A stretch of 64,000 bases of DNA from an uncultured Succinatimonas sp. (lineage in GTDB: Bacteria > Pseudomonadota > Gammaproteobacteria > Enterobacterales > Succinivibrionaceae). The notes under the pieces were generated by a model, which did not search any database, was not told the DNA's origin, and worked only from the letters and a program-made list of their open reading frames with translations. A program made the position numbers and the translations under genes. Location: positions 1,672 to 65,671 of the forward strand of contig CALLSM010000036.1 of the NCBI GenBank assembly GCA_938014345.1, written 5' to 3'. Positions 1 to 9,793 of this stretch are shown piece by piece. How positions within the stretch are numbered: the first letter of the stretch is position 1; the number at the start of each line of letters is the position of its first letter.

Positions 1-921
1 CCTGGGGTTGGCTCAGCTACTAAAAATAAGATCTTAGCTTATAAGCGTAGCCATGAAAAAAGCTTTGAAACTCGAGCGGTAGCCTCTGAGCATCAGGTAA
101 TTAAGCTCGTTCTTTTTTCTAAAAATTATCGCATTATTACAGGCGATGAGATCGACATGTGGTCGGATGTTAATGCCTGTTATGACAGTTTAGCTAAGGA
201 ATTTGGTTATGTACTCGAGGTTGTGTTTTTTACCGTAGGTCGCGATCGCGTCTTAGATCTCTACAAGCTCTGTAATGCCGACAATGTCTGTGGTGTGATT
301 GTGGGGGGTGCAGAACTTGATAAATCCGATCGCCAATTATTAGAACCGATTAAAAAGCCTTTAGTGATTTATGATGCCGATTTAGGCGATGATCTATGCT
401 CAGTGCAACTTGATAATTTTAATAGTGCTTTTAAGGCCGCAGAATATCTTTTCTCCCAAGGTTATAGCAATATTCTCTATTTAGCTCGTGATATGGATAT
501 CTATAACTATGAGCAAAGACGTTTAGGCTTTGAATGCTTCTGTGCCAATCACGCCTCTAATGCTAAGGGACAAATTCTAAAACAAGGTCAGAGTATACCT
601 GAGCTGTGTGAGGCTTTAAGTGCAGTTTTAAGGGCTCCTAAGCGCCCTCAGGCAATTTTAGCTGAGAGTTTTCATGGCAGTTTGGCCTCATTAAATATGT
701 GCGCAAAGCTCAACCTCAATATTCCTTTTGATCTCTTTTTATTGGGTATAGATGATATTCCTGAGTATATGACAGGTGGAGTCCACTTCCCGACGGTAAG
801 TATGCCGCATCGTCAGCGCCCATATTGGGTAATGCAGATGTTAAGGCTTGAGATGGGATCTACTTTAACTGAAGTTAAGCCTAAGGTATTAGTGCCGAGT
901 ACTTTAAAATTTAATGATTAA
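1..921 (+). CDS. LacI-family transcriptional regulator; 5' end truncated by the window start
   Basis: Frame 1 is open from base 1 and is in frame with the tracked ORF at 157..921. The N-terminal stretch (PGVGSATKNKILAYKRS) resembles a LacI HTH. The remainder looks like a periplasmic-binding-fold sugar-binding domain. It is adjacent to a hydrolase and transporter. Confidence 0.7.
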   Translation, partial: PGVGSATKNKILAYKRSHEKSFETRAVASEHQVIKLVLFSKNYRIITGDEIDMWSDVNACYDSLAKEFGYVLEVVFFTVGRDRVLDLYKLCNADNVCGVIVGGAELDKSDRQLLEPIKKPLVIYDADLGDDLCSVQLDNFNSAFKAAEYLFSQGYSNILYLARDMDIYNYEQRRLGFECFCANHASNAKGQILKQGQSIPELCEALSAVLRAPKRPQAILAESFHGSLASLNMCAKLNLNIPFDLFLLGIDDIPEYMTGGVHFPTVSMPHRQRPYWVMQMLRLEMGSTLTEVKPKVLVPSTLKFND

Positions 922-922
922 G

Positions 923-945
923 AAAATGGGCCTATAGGCCCATTT
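923..945. terminator. Perfect palindrome hairpin between two convergent genes; bidirectional terminator
   Basis: The sequence aaaatgggcctataggcccattt lies between the stop of the LacI-like gene (921) and the stop of the minus-strand hydrolase (974). Confidence 0.6.
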
Positions 946-973
946 GATTACGTAAGTCATGGTATGAAAATTT

Positions 974-2299
974 TTAGCGCTTGATTAAAAGCATTACATA
1001 ATCTCCGCCGGTAGCTGGGGTTTCAATGCTAAAGAACTGACGCTCGGTATTCTCGGTAATTGGATTATTGTAGATGTTGTAGCGTGGATCGTACCAGTAC
1101 AGATCGAAAGCACCACCAAAAACTGAAACATCCACACAGATGCTAGTAGGTTCTGGAATATAAGCGGCGATAAAGTCATAAGTAGCATTTGAAAGCACTT
1201 CAATATGACCTGCCCCGGTCGGATTGTCTGAGAGTAAGAGCTCTTTTGCCGGACGCAGAGTCTCAACCTTAGGTAATTTCTCAATAAAGCGCTTTATAAA
1301 TGGGATCTGGAAAGCGGCCGGGAAATTTAAGCTATCACTCCAGTAAGGAATAGTATCGTTTTGATAAGCTGCCGCCGCACTTTCAGGAATAACCTTAGCT
1401 TCATCTTCTTTACGGCGCATCTGCCAGATACCATAACAGCCGTAGGTAATACCTGCACCGCTTGAAAATACCGACCAGTAACTAGAGCGTCTTACTTCCT
1501 TATCAGAGAAGCGGGTGAAGTTATCAAGACGTTTCCAGCTCGTGCTTGCCATGATGGGGTGAGATTCATAGCAAGGCTCAGAGTTTAAGACCGGAATATC
1601 TAAACGCTCATAATCCTTTTGCATCGGTCGCCAAGCAGGGTAATTCTGTCCCATGTGTCCAGTCTGCCAAGTGACAAAGTCTAAATAATCAGGTTTATCT
1701 AACATATCCCATAAGGACAGACCGCTTTGAGTGTGGGCGGTAATGAGCTGATCGTGACCTACTTCCTCACGAATAGCGCGGGCCATAGCCTCAATGATGG
1801 AGCGGACCTTAGGATCGCCTAGTGGCCTATCACCACCTAGCATCCAAATGATATCGAGCTCCTTAAAGCGCCTAGCTAAATATTTAACAAAGTTATAGGC
1901 TTTAGGGGCATCAAAGATCGGTTTAACGCTATTACCCCAAGCTAAATTAGCCACAATATGGCAACCCCACATCGGCACTAAGGTGACAAATATTCCTTTA
2001 GAGTTGGCATAACGGATGACACGTTCTACATGGTCAAAATAATCATCATTGACAGTCAAATTATCTAAATCAGAAAAAGGTAATAAATTGCCTTCATAGG
2101 TTGGAGTTTTTAGACCATCTAATTCGGCTACAGCTACGGCTTGAATAGCGTTATAGCCCTTTGCGGCACGATTATCTAAAAAGTATTGAGCTTCTTTGAA
2201 GGTAAGCTTATGGAAGATTTCCCAAGCCGTGTCGGCGGTATAGAAGAAGAGCTTATTATTTTCATCAAAGATCTTTTTAAATTTTACGTGAAGCTTCAT
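974..2299 (-). CDS. Glycoside hydrolase family 140-like protein (DUF4038; apiosidase-like)
   Basis: The N-terminus FFYTADTAWEIFHKLTFKEAQYFLDNRAAKGYNAIQAVAVAELDGL matches the GH140/DUF4038 signature (F.wlgDTaWelf..l..eea..yLd.Ra.kGFtviq.vvlaEldGl). It is followed by the family's TIM-barrel-like core. Confidence 0.65.
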   Translation of the reverse strand: MKLHVKFKKIFDENNKLFFYTADTAWEIFHKLTFKEAQYFLDNRAAKGYNAIQAVAVAELDGLKTPTYEGNLLPFSDLDNLTVNDDYFDHVERVIRYANSKGIFVTLVPMWGCHIVANLAWGNSVKPIFDAPKAYNFVKYLARRFKELDIIWMLGGDRPLGDPKVRSIIEAMARAIREEVGHDQLITAHTQSGLSLWDMLDKPDYLDFVTWQTGHMGQNYPAWRPMQKDYERLDIPVLNSEPCYESHPIMASTSWKRLDNFTRFSDKEVRRSSYWSVFSSGAGITYGCYGIWQMRRKEDEAKVIPESAAAAYQNDTIPYWSDSLNFPAAFQIPFIKRFIEKLPKVETLRPAKELLLSDNPTGAGHIEVLSNATYDFIAAYIPEPTSICVDVSVFGGAFDLYWYDPRYNIYNNPITENTERQFFSIETPATGGDYVMLLIKR

Positions 2300-2324
2300 G
2301 GTGTTAATTTCCTTTTTTATCTAA

Positions 2325-3692
2325 TTAGTTGAATTTGGCTAAATTTTGCGTGTCAATTTCTTTTTGTATACGGTCGCAGATAGAGGCCTCTAATTTGTAG
2401 AACTTAAAGCTGATGGCGGCTAAGACGTGGCAGATTGCCGGTAGATAGCAAAACAACATGACAAAGCAGGCTAATTGCTCATGAGAAAGGGTGGTAGCAT
2501 CAGGATCATAATCGTAGAAGGCAAGCACATAACCTAAAAGAGCACCGCCTATGGCCATACCGAGCTTAGTTGAGAACAACATGCCGCCGCTGACGACACC
2601 GGTAATATTGATCTTGTGTTTTAACAGTGAGTAGTTAGCGCAATCTTGTACTGAGGCCCAAATTAAAATGGAAACCATTTCGCAGAAGATGGAAGAGATA
2701 AAAACACAGGCGATGACAAGTACAGTATTATTGAGGTTACAAAGGCCGATGCTGGCGATGGTAATGGCCGCTAAGATCTGCGAGATAGTCAGCATGCGAT
2801 TGCGACTTATCATGGAACGTTGCAACATGATATTGCAGATAAAGGGAGAGATCATACCAGCAATGGAACCTGCAGAGAGTACGCAGCCTAAGACAAAGGC
2901 ACTCTCACTTTCAATGATGTATTTGACAAAGTAAGCGGCGGCACCAAATTTTAAGGTATTAGCGGCCATAATCATGATTTGCCCGATAAATAAGGAATCA
3001 GCTTGTTCATTTTTGATGAGTAAGAGTATCTGTTTGCCAAATGAGACTGTGGTATCTACAGGAATATTGACGCGTTCTTTAGTATTAAAGAAGCACAGTA
3101 AGACTAAGATAATACAGAAGATACCGATACCTCCCATTACTACACGATAACCTACAAGGGCATTATCAAAGAGCGCTAGGAGGCTAGGGACAATGGCCGA
3201 ACAGGCAAACCATGCGACCTTATCTAAAGGGAAACGGATAGCATTTACAGAGAGGCGTTCATTAGAGTTTGGGGTGAGTACGCCTAAAAGGGATACATAG
3301 GGTACAAGCATGCAGGAATAGCACAGGATTAATACTATATAGCTTATATAAGCGTAAATAGCGCGACCCATTTCGCCTAAATCTGGGCCTAAAAACAATA
3401 CCCCGCAAGATAAACCATAGGGAATAGAGAAATACAGTAACCACGAGCGATATTTGCCGTACTTACTTTGGGTGCGATCGGAAATCATGCCGATGAGAGG
3501 ATCGAAAACGGCGTCGAGGAAACGAGAAATTAAAAAGAGAGTTCCCATTACTGCTGGATTGAGCTTGAAGACGTCGGTGTAGTAGACAGTCAAGAACATC
3601 ATAGTAAAGCCCATGAAGATATTAGCTGAGGCATCGCCTAAGCCGTAACAGAATTTCTCTCTAAAGGAGAGTTTTTCGTTAGTACTCTGCAT
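2325..3692 (-). CDS. GPH-family (MelB/YicJ-like) glycoside-pentoside-hexuronide:cation symporter, MFS superfamily
   Basis: The N-terminus EKFCYGLGDASANIFMGFTMMFLTVYYTDVFKLNPAVMGTLFLISRFLDAVFDPLIGMISDRT is typical of the GPH family. The protein has about 12 hydrophobic segments and is 455 aa. Confidence 0.8.
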   Translation of the reverse strand: MQSTNEKLSFREKFCYGLGDASANIFMGFTMMFLTVYYTDVFKLNPAVMGTLFLISRFLDAVFDPLIGMISDRTQSKYGKYRSWLLYFSIPYGLSCGVLFLGPDLGEMGRAIYAYISYIVLILCYSCMLVPYVSLLGVLTPNSNERLSVNAIRFPLDKVAWFACSAIVPSLLALFDNALVGYRVVMGGIGIFCIILVLLCFFNTKERVNIPVDTTVSFGKQILLLIKNEQADSLFIGQIMIMAANTLKFGAAAYFVKYIIESESAFVLGCVLSAGSIAGMISPFICNIMLQRSMISRNRMLTISQILAAITIASIGLCNLNNTVLVIACVFISSIFCEMVSILIWASVQDCANYSLLKHKINITGVVSGGMLFSTKLGMAIGGALLGYVLAFYDYDPDATTLSHEQLACFVMLFCYLPAICHVLAAISFKFYKLEASICDRIQKEIDTQNLAKFN

Positions 3693-4023
3693 AAAAAACT
3701 CCTTCTTAAACTATTTATATAAAGTTTAAATAATCTGTCGGTTTTGTCTTAAATCTTTTAAACTTTTGTTTAAAATGTTTTAAATTATTTTAAACTGAGT
3801 TTATATTGTAACTGCAAGATTTTAAATGCTTATATCTTTAAATGGCGATAAATATCACAATTTAAACTTAACTTATTTGGTTTAATTTGTTTAAACTAAA
3901 CTTAGTTTATATTTAAACTTGTTTAATAAAATCAAGTAAAATGAAGAAATTAATTAGAAGTTTTGTGCGGTTAAATAGATGAAATGGTGATGATCTTTGA
4001 GGGGGGATTGTTTAGGGGAAAAT
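3693..4023. promoter_or_regulatory. AT-rich repetitive upstream region for the transporter and hydrolase operon, with at least 8 copies of TTTAAA(C)
   Basis: The intergenic spacer is about 370 bp. It contains repeated gtttaaac, tttaaat and ttaaac motifs, for example at 3753-3790 and 3860-3920. Confidence 0.4.
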
Positions 4024-4053
4024 CCCTACTTAGTTTTTGCGACTTAAGTAGGG
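4024..4053 (-). terminator. Hairpin downstream of upp
   Basis: An inverted repeat ccctacttag ... cttaagtaggg lies just past the upp stop and is followed on the minus strand by a short T run. Confidence 0.45.
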
Positions 4054-4062
4054 AGTTTTGAT

Positions 4063-4689
4063 TTAGATGGTACCAAAGAGCTTATCGCCGGCATCGCCTA
4101 AGCCTGGGATGATATAACCATTTTCATTGAGATGATCATCATGGGCACCTATATAAAGCTCGATATCAGGATGCTCTTTTTCAAGTTTAGCAATACCTTC
4201 AGGAGCTGCGACTATGACCATAACCTTGATATGCTTACAGCCACGTTCTTTTAAAAGTGCGATAGCATCGGCGAGGGAGCCACCGGTAGCGAGCATAGGA
4301 TCGATGACTAGTGCGGTGCAGTCGGCAATATTTTTGACGCAATTTTCATAATAGGGCACCGGCTTTAAGGTCTTTTCATCTCTATACATACCTAAGACGC
4401 TGACACCGGTATCATTGAGATAATGGAGCACGCCGTTGAGCATACCGACACCAGCTCTGAGGATCGGGACAATGGTGAGATGTTTTTCATCAATCTTAGT
4501 GCCAGAGGTAGGGCCAGACCAGGTATTGACGGTAATGCTTTCTGTGGGAATATCCTTTAAAGCCTCGATTGTTAAAATCTCAGCAATCTGCGAGGTTAAT
4601 TCGCGAAAGAGGTGGCAGGAGATATTAGCATCACGCAGTAAGCTAAGCTTATGTTGTAGTAAGGGATGTTTTACCTGAGTAATTTTCAT
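4063..4689 (-). CDS. upp: Uracil phosphoribosyltransferase
   Basis: The 208-aa protein aligns end to end with Upp (MKI.QVKHPL..HKL..LRD ... YI.PGLGDAGD.LFGT). Confidence 0.92.
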   Translation of the reverse strand: MKITQVKHPLLQHKLSLLRDANISCHLFRELTSQIAEILTIEALKDIPTESITVNTWSGPTSGTKIDEKHLTIVPILRAGVGMLNGVLHYLNDTGVSVLGMYRDEKTLKPVPYYENCVKNIADCTALVIDPMLATGGSLADAIALLKERGCKHIKVMVIVAAPEGIAKLEKEHPDIELYIGAHDDHLNENGYIIPGLGDAGDKLFGTI

Positions 4690-4869
4690 AAATTCTAATC
4701 CTCAAAAAGCTCTTTTTTTCTTAAGCATAGATCAAAGATGCATAGTTTAAGCTTTAGAGGATAATTATTTCTAAGCTCTTAGCTTATAGTCGCTAAAGCT
4801 TTTTTAAAACATAATAAAATAGATAGAAAACTATAAATACAGAGCTTTAAGGGACAGCGGTGGTAAGTT

Positions 4870-5430
4870 ATGAAACTTAATTCGGAAATCATATCGTGGA
4901 AGCTTAGAGATGCAGGGCGTCTGGCAATTAAGACCGAGGCTTTAGAGTCTGAAAGTGAGGCTCAGCCTGCAAGCCCATCACAGCCGTTTTTAAATCAAAT
5001 TGAGTCTACAAATTTACCTAAAGAACCAGAAATAGCTGTAAATGATCGTTCAATCTTAAATGTAAGTTCTACCACTCAGGCTATGGTCGATGGGGTGGCG
5101 GTGGACCCAAATTTAAGCCGTTTTATCACTGAAGACGGTACTGTTATCAATATTCATGCTAATTGGCATTTGCGCAAACAGCGTGCCGATATTTACCTAA
5201 GCCCCACAAGTAAAGTCGATTATTTGCCGGCTTTAAAAGAATTTTTAGCTAAATTTAAGTTAAAGATTTTAGCTTATGAGCCGCAATATCATTATTTGCC
5301 TAGTGATATTTTGCTTTTAGATGAAAAGGATAAGGTCGAGCAGGGTACAGTTATCTATTTACAGCAGGGAAAGAGAGCAGTGTGGCAATTTCTAAAATCC
5401 AATTTGCCTGAGGTATTTGCACATGTCTAA
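4870..5430 (+). CDS. Hypothetical protein; its position upstream of rimI is consistent with a DNA polymerase III psi subunit (HolD)-like gene
   Basis: The 186-aa ORF overlaps the rimI start by 14 nt. In many gammaproteobacteria holD precedes rimI. Sequence similarity to HolD was not convincing by eye. Confidence 0.4.
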   Translation: MKLNSEIISWKLRDAGRLAIKTEALESESEAQPASPSQPFLNQIESTNLPKEPEIAVNDRSILNVSSTTQAMVDGVAVDPNLSRFITEDGTVINIHANWHLRKQRADIYLSPTSKVDYLPALKEFLAKFKLKILAYEPQYHYLPSDILLLDEKDKVEQGTVIYLQQGKRAVWQFLKSNLPEVFAHV

Positions 5431-5914
5431 TCCGGATTTTTTTATCACCAGAGTTTTGACTGATGAGGATAAGAGCTTAGCTTCACAGTTAGAGTTAGTT
5501 GAAATACGCACGCAAAAAAATGCTTGGACCTTGCAATCTCTGATCGAGTGTTTTGATAAGTCTTATAAAATCATAGGCTTATTTGCCGGTACGCGACTTA
5601 TAGGTTTTGCGGTGATCTATGCTACTAAATTTAGTACCGATATTTTGACTATCGGTGTAGATCCTGATTATCAGGGACGCAAATTAGGCACGAAGCTGTT
5701 ACGGGCGACTTTAGATGAGGCTTTACAGTGTGGAGCTGAGGAGTGTTTTTTAGAAGTGAGACGCTCAAATATTGTGGCCCAAAGCCTTTATAAGAAGTTT
5801 GGCTTTGAAATTACTGGTGTGCGTAAGGACTATTATGCCCCCTATGGCGATGAAGTTGCGGAAGATGCTTTTACTATGCATTTGCAGAATATAAAAGACG
5901 CTCTTGCAATATAG
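5417..5914 (+). CDS. rimI: Ribosomal-protein-alanine N-acetyltransferase (GNAT)
   Basis: The GNAT acetyl-CoA motif is present (GVDPDYQGRKLGTKLL ... LEVRRSNIVAQSLYKKFGF). Length is 165 aa. Confidence 0.8.
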   Translation: MHMSNPDFFITRVLTDEDKSLASQLELVEIRTQKNAWTLQSLIECFDKSYKIIGLFAGTRLIGFAVIYATKFSTDILTIGVDPDYQGRKLGTKLLRATLDEALQCGAEECFLEVRRSNIVAQSLYKKFGFEITGVRKDYYAPYGDEVAEDAFTMHLQNIKDALAI

Positions 5915-6157
5915 TGGTGCAAAATCTGCTTTGGTATGTCAGCACTATTTAGCACTTAATTCCATGCTGAATGGAACGCTTTTCTTGTACGTATAAATTA
6001 GACTATAGTTTGTGATCTGCATGGCGTTTTAGCTAAACGCTTTTATTTGATCCTAAAAGATTTGTTGACTAAATATATAATGTAACAGTGTCAGAACACT
6101 CTGTCCGTTAACAATAATTAGATCCTTATGTAGGATTGTTAAATACAGGAAAATGCA

Positions 6158-7684
6158 ATGCTGATTGGTATTCCACAAGAGAGTCTTCAGGGCGAAACAA
6201 GAGTTGCTGCAACTCCTGATACCGTCGGAAAACTCCTAAAGCTCGGCTTTGAAGTAGCAGTTCAAAGCAGTGCTGGCGCAAAAGCCAGTTTCACCGATGA
6301 AGCCTATGCGGCTGCCGGTGCTAAGGTTGTAGACAAGGACGTCTGGAACAGCGACATCATTTTCAAGGTCAATGCTCCTAATGATGCAGAAATTAAGTTG
6401 ATGAAGGAAGGCCAGATTTTGGTCAGCTTCATTCGTCCTGCTCAAAACAAAGAATTAGTGGACAAGCTCAACGCTAAGAAAGTAACTGTAATGGCCATGG
6501 ACATGGTACCGCGTATTTCTCGCGCTCAGTCCTTAGATGCTCTGTCATCTACTGCCAATATCAGTGGTTACCGTGCTGTAGTTGAGGCTGCCCATGAGTT
6601 CGGCCGCTTCTTCACCGGTCAGGTTACTGCCGCAGGTAAAGTTCCTCCGGCAAAGGTCTTAGTTATCGGTGCTGGTGTAGCAGGTCTTGCCGCTATTGGT
6701 ACTGCTCACTCCTTAGGTGCTATTGTTCGTGCTTTTGATACTCGTTTAGAGGTAGCCGATCAGATTAAGTCTATGGGTGGTGAGTTCTTAAAGCTAGACT
6801 TCAAGGAGGACGGTGGTTCTTCTGATGGTTATGCTAAGACCATGAGTGATGAGTTCATCAAAGCCGAGATGGAGCTGTTTGCTCAGCAGGCTAAGGATGT
6901 CGATATCATCATCACTACCGCCGCGATTCCTGGCAAGCCGTCACCGCGTCTTATCACTAAGGAAATGGTTGCTAGCATGAAGGCAGGCTCCGTGATCGTT
7001 GATCTCGCCGCTGCTGGTGGTGGTAACTGCGAATGCACTCAGGCCGGTAAGGTTATTACTACCGACAATGGTGTTAAGATCATCGGTTACACCGATTTAG
7101 CCGCTCGTCTGCCGGCTCAGTCTTCTCAGCTGTATGCTACTAACCTCGTCAACCTCAGCAAGCTCTTATGTAAGAATAAGGACGGCGTTGCTCTAATCGA
7201 CTTTGAGGACGTAGTCTTACGCAATATGACCGTAACTCGTGACGGTGAGATCACCTTCCCGCCGCCAAAGATCAGCGTTTCTGCAGCTCCGGCTGCTAAG
7301 CCTGCCGCAGCTCCGGTTAAGATTGAACAGAAGAAAGTCTCTCCGGTCTTAAAATATGGTTGCTTAGGCGTTCTTTTAGCCTTGATGTTACTCATCGGCT
7401 TATTTGCTCCGGCTAAGTTCCTGCCGCATTTCACCGTCTTCGTCTTAGCCTGCGTTGTCGGTTACTATGTTGTTTGGAACGTTACCCATTCACTCCACAC
7501 ACCTCTGATGTCTGTAACTAACGCTATTTCCGGCATTATTGTTGTTGGTGCCATGTTGCAGTTCACAGGCGGTGTCTTTACTGGCATTTTGGCCTTTATC
7601 GGCGTCTTGATTGCTTCCATTAACATTTTCGGTGGCTTTGCGGTAACTCGTCGTATGCTGGCTATGTTCAGAAAGCAGAAATAA
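6158..7684 (+). CDS. pntA: NAD(P) transhydrogenase subunit alpha
   Basis: The N-terminus MLIGIPQE...RVAATPDTV is PntA-like, the NAD-binding motif GAGVAGLAA is present, and there is a C-terminal transmembrane region. Length is 508 aa. Confidence 0.93.
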   Translation: MLIGIPQESLQGETRVAATPDTVGKLLKLGFEVAVQSSAGAKASFTDEAYAAAGAKVVDKDVWNSDIIFKVNAPNDAEIKLMKEGQILVSFIRPAQNKELVDKLNAKKVTVMAMDMVPRISRAQSLDALSSTANISGYRAVVEAAHEFGRFFTGQVTAAGKVPPAKVLVIGAGVAGLAAIGTAHSLGAIVRAFDTRLEVADQIKSMGGEFLKLDFKEDGGSSDGYAKTMSDEFIKAEMELFAQQAKDVDIIITTAAIPGKPSPRLITKEMVASMKAGSVIVDLAAAGGGNCECTQAGKVITTDNGVKIIGYTDLAARLPAQSSQLYATNLVNLSKLLCKNKDGVALIDFEDVVLRNMTVTRDGEITFPPPKISVSAAPAAKPAAAPVKIEQKKVSPVLKYGCLGVLLALMLLIGLFAPAKFLPHFTVFVLACVVGYYVVWNVTHSLHTPLMSVTNAISGIIVVGAMLQFTGGVFTGILAFIGVLIASINIFGGFAVTRRMLAMFRKQK

Positions 7685-7705
7685 GGCTAGGGAGATAAAG
7701 AAAAA

Positions 7706-9103
7706 ATGACTTCATTAGGTACTGTGGCCTATATTCTAGCTGCGCTGTTATTCATTATTGCGTTAGCTGGCCTTTCTAAACAAGAAACTGCTAAGTACGG
7801 CTGTCTGTCCGGTATGGTTGGTATGGCTTTAGCCCTCTTCACCACCTTCTTCTCCGTCGGCAGCACTGTCGGTATCGTCCTCATCATCTTAGCTATGGTG
7901 ATCGGTGCTGGTGTTGGTATCTTTGTTGCCCGTCGCGTACAGATGACTCAGATGCCGGAGTTGATTGCCTGCTTACACAGCTTCGTTGGTTTAGCCGCTG
8001 TTTTAGTTGGTTATAACAGCTTCATCGAGTCTGATCCTAGCGTTATGACCTCTGCTGAGAACAATATTCACTTAGTTGAGGTATTCTTAGGCGTCTTCAT
8101 CGGTGCTGTAACCTTTACCGGTTCCATCGTTGCTTATGGTAAGCTCAATGGCACCTATAAGTATCGTATCTTCAAGTCCGCTCCGTTACAGTTACCGGGC
8201 GGTCACTTCTGGAACTTAGCTGCTATTGTTCTCTCCTTCCTGCTCATGGTTTGGTTCATGTCAGGTGATCATGGCTCCATGACAGCCTTGATCTTAATGA
8301 CCCTGATCGCTTTAGCCTTTGGTATCAACCTTGTTGCCGCCATCGGTGGTGCTGATATGCCGGTTGTTATCTCCATGCTGAACTCCTATTCAGGTTGGGC
8401 TGCCGCCGCTTCAGGCTTCATGCTCGATAACGATCTTCTGATCGTTACCGGTGCTTTAGTAGGTTCTTCAGGTGCTATTCTGTCCTACATTATGTGTAAG
8501 GCTATGAACCGCTCCTTCATCTCTGTTATCGCCGGTGGCTTCGGTAATGCTCCGGTCGCTAAGAAGGATGAGGAAGTTGGTGAGTATCACGAGATGAAGG
8601 CTAACGAGGTTGCTGAGTTACTGAAGGGTTCTTCTTCTGTAATCATCACCCCGGGCTATGGTATGGCTGTAGCTCAGGCTCAGAATGCTGTTGCCTCCAT
8701 GACCGAGAAGCTTCAGGCTTTAGGTGTTAAGGTACGTTTCGCCATTCACCCGGTAGCAGGTCGTCTGCCTGGCCATATGAACGTTCTCTTAGCTGAGGCT
8801 AAAGTTCCGTACGACATCGTCTTTGAGATGGATGAGATTAACGATGAGTTTGAGGAGACCGATACTGTATTAGTTATCGGTGCTAACGATACCGTTAACC
8901 CGGCTGCTGCTGAAGATCCGACCTCTCCTATCGCCGGTATGCCGGTCTTAGAGGTTTGGAAGGCTAAGAACGTCATCATCTTCAAGCGTTCTATGAATAC
9001 CGGTTATGCTGGCGTTCAGAACCCGCTCTTCTTCAAGGACAATTCCTACATGTGCTTCGGCGATGCTAAGAAGACTGTTGAAGAGATCGTCAATAATATC
9101 TAA
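7706..9103 (+). CDS. pntB: NAD(P) transhydrogenase subunit beta
   Basis: There is an N-terminal membrane domain and a C-terminal NADP(H)-binding domain ([10 protein letters not shown] ... [15 protein letters not shown]). Length is 465 aa. Confidence 0.93.
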   Translation: MTSLGTVAYILAALLFIIALAGLSKQETAKYGCLSGMVGMALALFTTFFSVGSTVGIVLIILAMVIGAGVGIFVARRVQMTQMPELIACLHSFVGLAAVLVGYNSFIESDPSVMTSAENNIHLVEVFLGVFIGAVTFTGSIVAYGKLNGTYKYRIFKSAPLQLPGGHFWNLAAIVLSFLLMVWFMSGDHGSMTALILMTLIALAFGINLVAAIGGADMPVVISMLNSYSGWAAAASGFMLDNDLLIVTGALVGSSGAILSYIMCKAMNRSFISVIAGGFGNAPVAKKDEEVGEYHEMKANEVAELLKGSSSVIITPGYGMAVAQAQNAVASMTEKLQALGVKVRFAIHPVAGRLPGHMNVLLAEAKVPYDIVFEMDEINDEFEETDTVLVIGANDTVNPAAAEDPTSPIAGMPVLEVWKAKNVIIFKRSMNTGYAGVQNPLFFKDNSYMCFGDAKKTVEEIVNNI

Positions 9104-9120
9104 TAGCTATTGCTATTAAA

Positions 9121-9150
9121 GAAAAGGCCCGCAACTTGCGGGCCTTTTTT
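9121..9150. terminator. Rho-independent bidirectional terminator between pntB and crr
   Basis: The hairpin ggcccgcaacttgcgggcc is flanked by an A run and a T run. Confidence 0.8.
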
Positions 9151-9162
9151 GATCTTAAAACC

Positions 9163-9696
9163 TTATTTGTCATCGTGATTGAGAGCTACCCATGCACAGG
9201 CAGTTTCGCCGGCTGTAGCTTTACCTGAGGCTACGGCAACTTTAGCGATATTAGCTGAGGATTTGACCACAATGATGGAGGTGACGGTAGATTTTAAGGT
9301 GGCATTAGCGCGGCTCATGTCAAATTTAATAATGACATCGCCTTTTTTCACCTTATCGCCATTTTTGACCACCGCCTCAAAGCCATCTCCGGCAAAGCGT
9401 TTAGTGCCAACACCGCAGGTGACATAGATTTCCACCCCACATTGAGAGCGGATAGCAAAGGCATTATTTGAGGATAATAAACGCGAGATGATACCGTCGC
9501 AGGGGGCTAAAATTTCCTGATTTTCAGGAATAATGGCAATACCATCGCCGACAATGCACTCGGAGATCACCAGATCCGGAACATCTGCTAAGGGCAATAA
9601 TGAGCCACTTACAGGTGCAATCAGTTCTAAATCGGCATCCTCTTTAGCAACAGTCACAGCGTCATGCTTGCCAAAAAGCATGGATAAAATTCCCAT
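9163..9696 (-). CDS. crr: PTS glucose-specific EIIA component
   Basis: The 177-aa protein aligns with Crr (IIAPVSG...EDVPD.V.SE.IVGDGIAI.P ... active-site His region). Confidence 0.9.
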   Translation of the reverse strand: MGILSMLFGKHDAVTVAKEDADLELIAPVSGSLLPLADVPDLVISECIVGDGIAIIPENQEILAPCDGIISRLLSSNNAFAIRSQCGVEIYVTCGVGTKRFAGDGFEAVVKNGDKVKKGDVIIKFDMSRANATLKSTVTSIIVVKSSANIAKVAVASGKATAGETACAWVALNHDDK

Positions 9697-9793
9697 AAAA
9701 ACCCCTATTTAATGAATGAAAGGCAGGCACAAAAAATGCCTAAGTTAATTTATATTTTAGGCATTTTTTACATAAAAATCTAAATTAGACGAT

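Noticed and set aside
3693-4062. Possible CRISPR-like array suggested by repeated TTTAAAC motifs
   Set aside because: The repeats are only 6-8 bp, irregularly spaced and AT-only, with no spacer-repeat periodicity.
6060-6110. GTTAAC...GTTAAC near-palindrome upstream of pntA as an operator
   Set aside because: The symmetry is weak (many mismatches), and the flanking -35/-10 spacing did not yield a convincing promoter.
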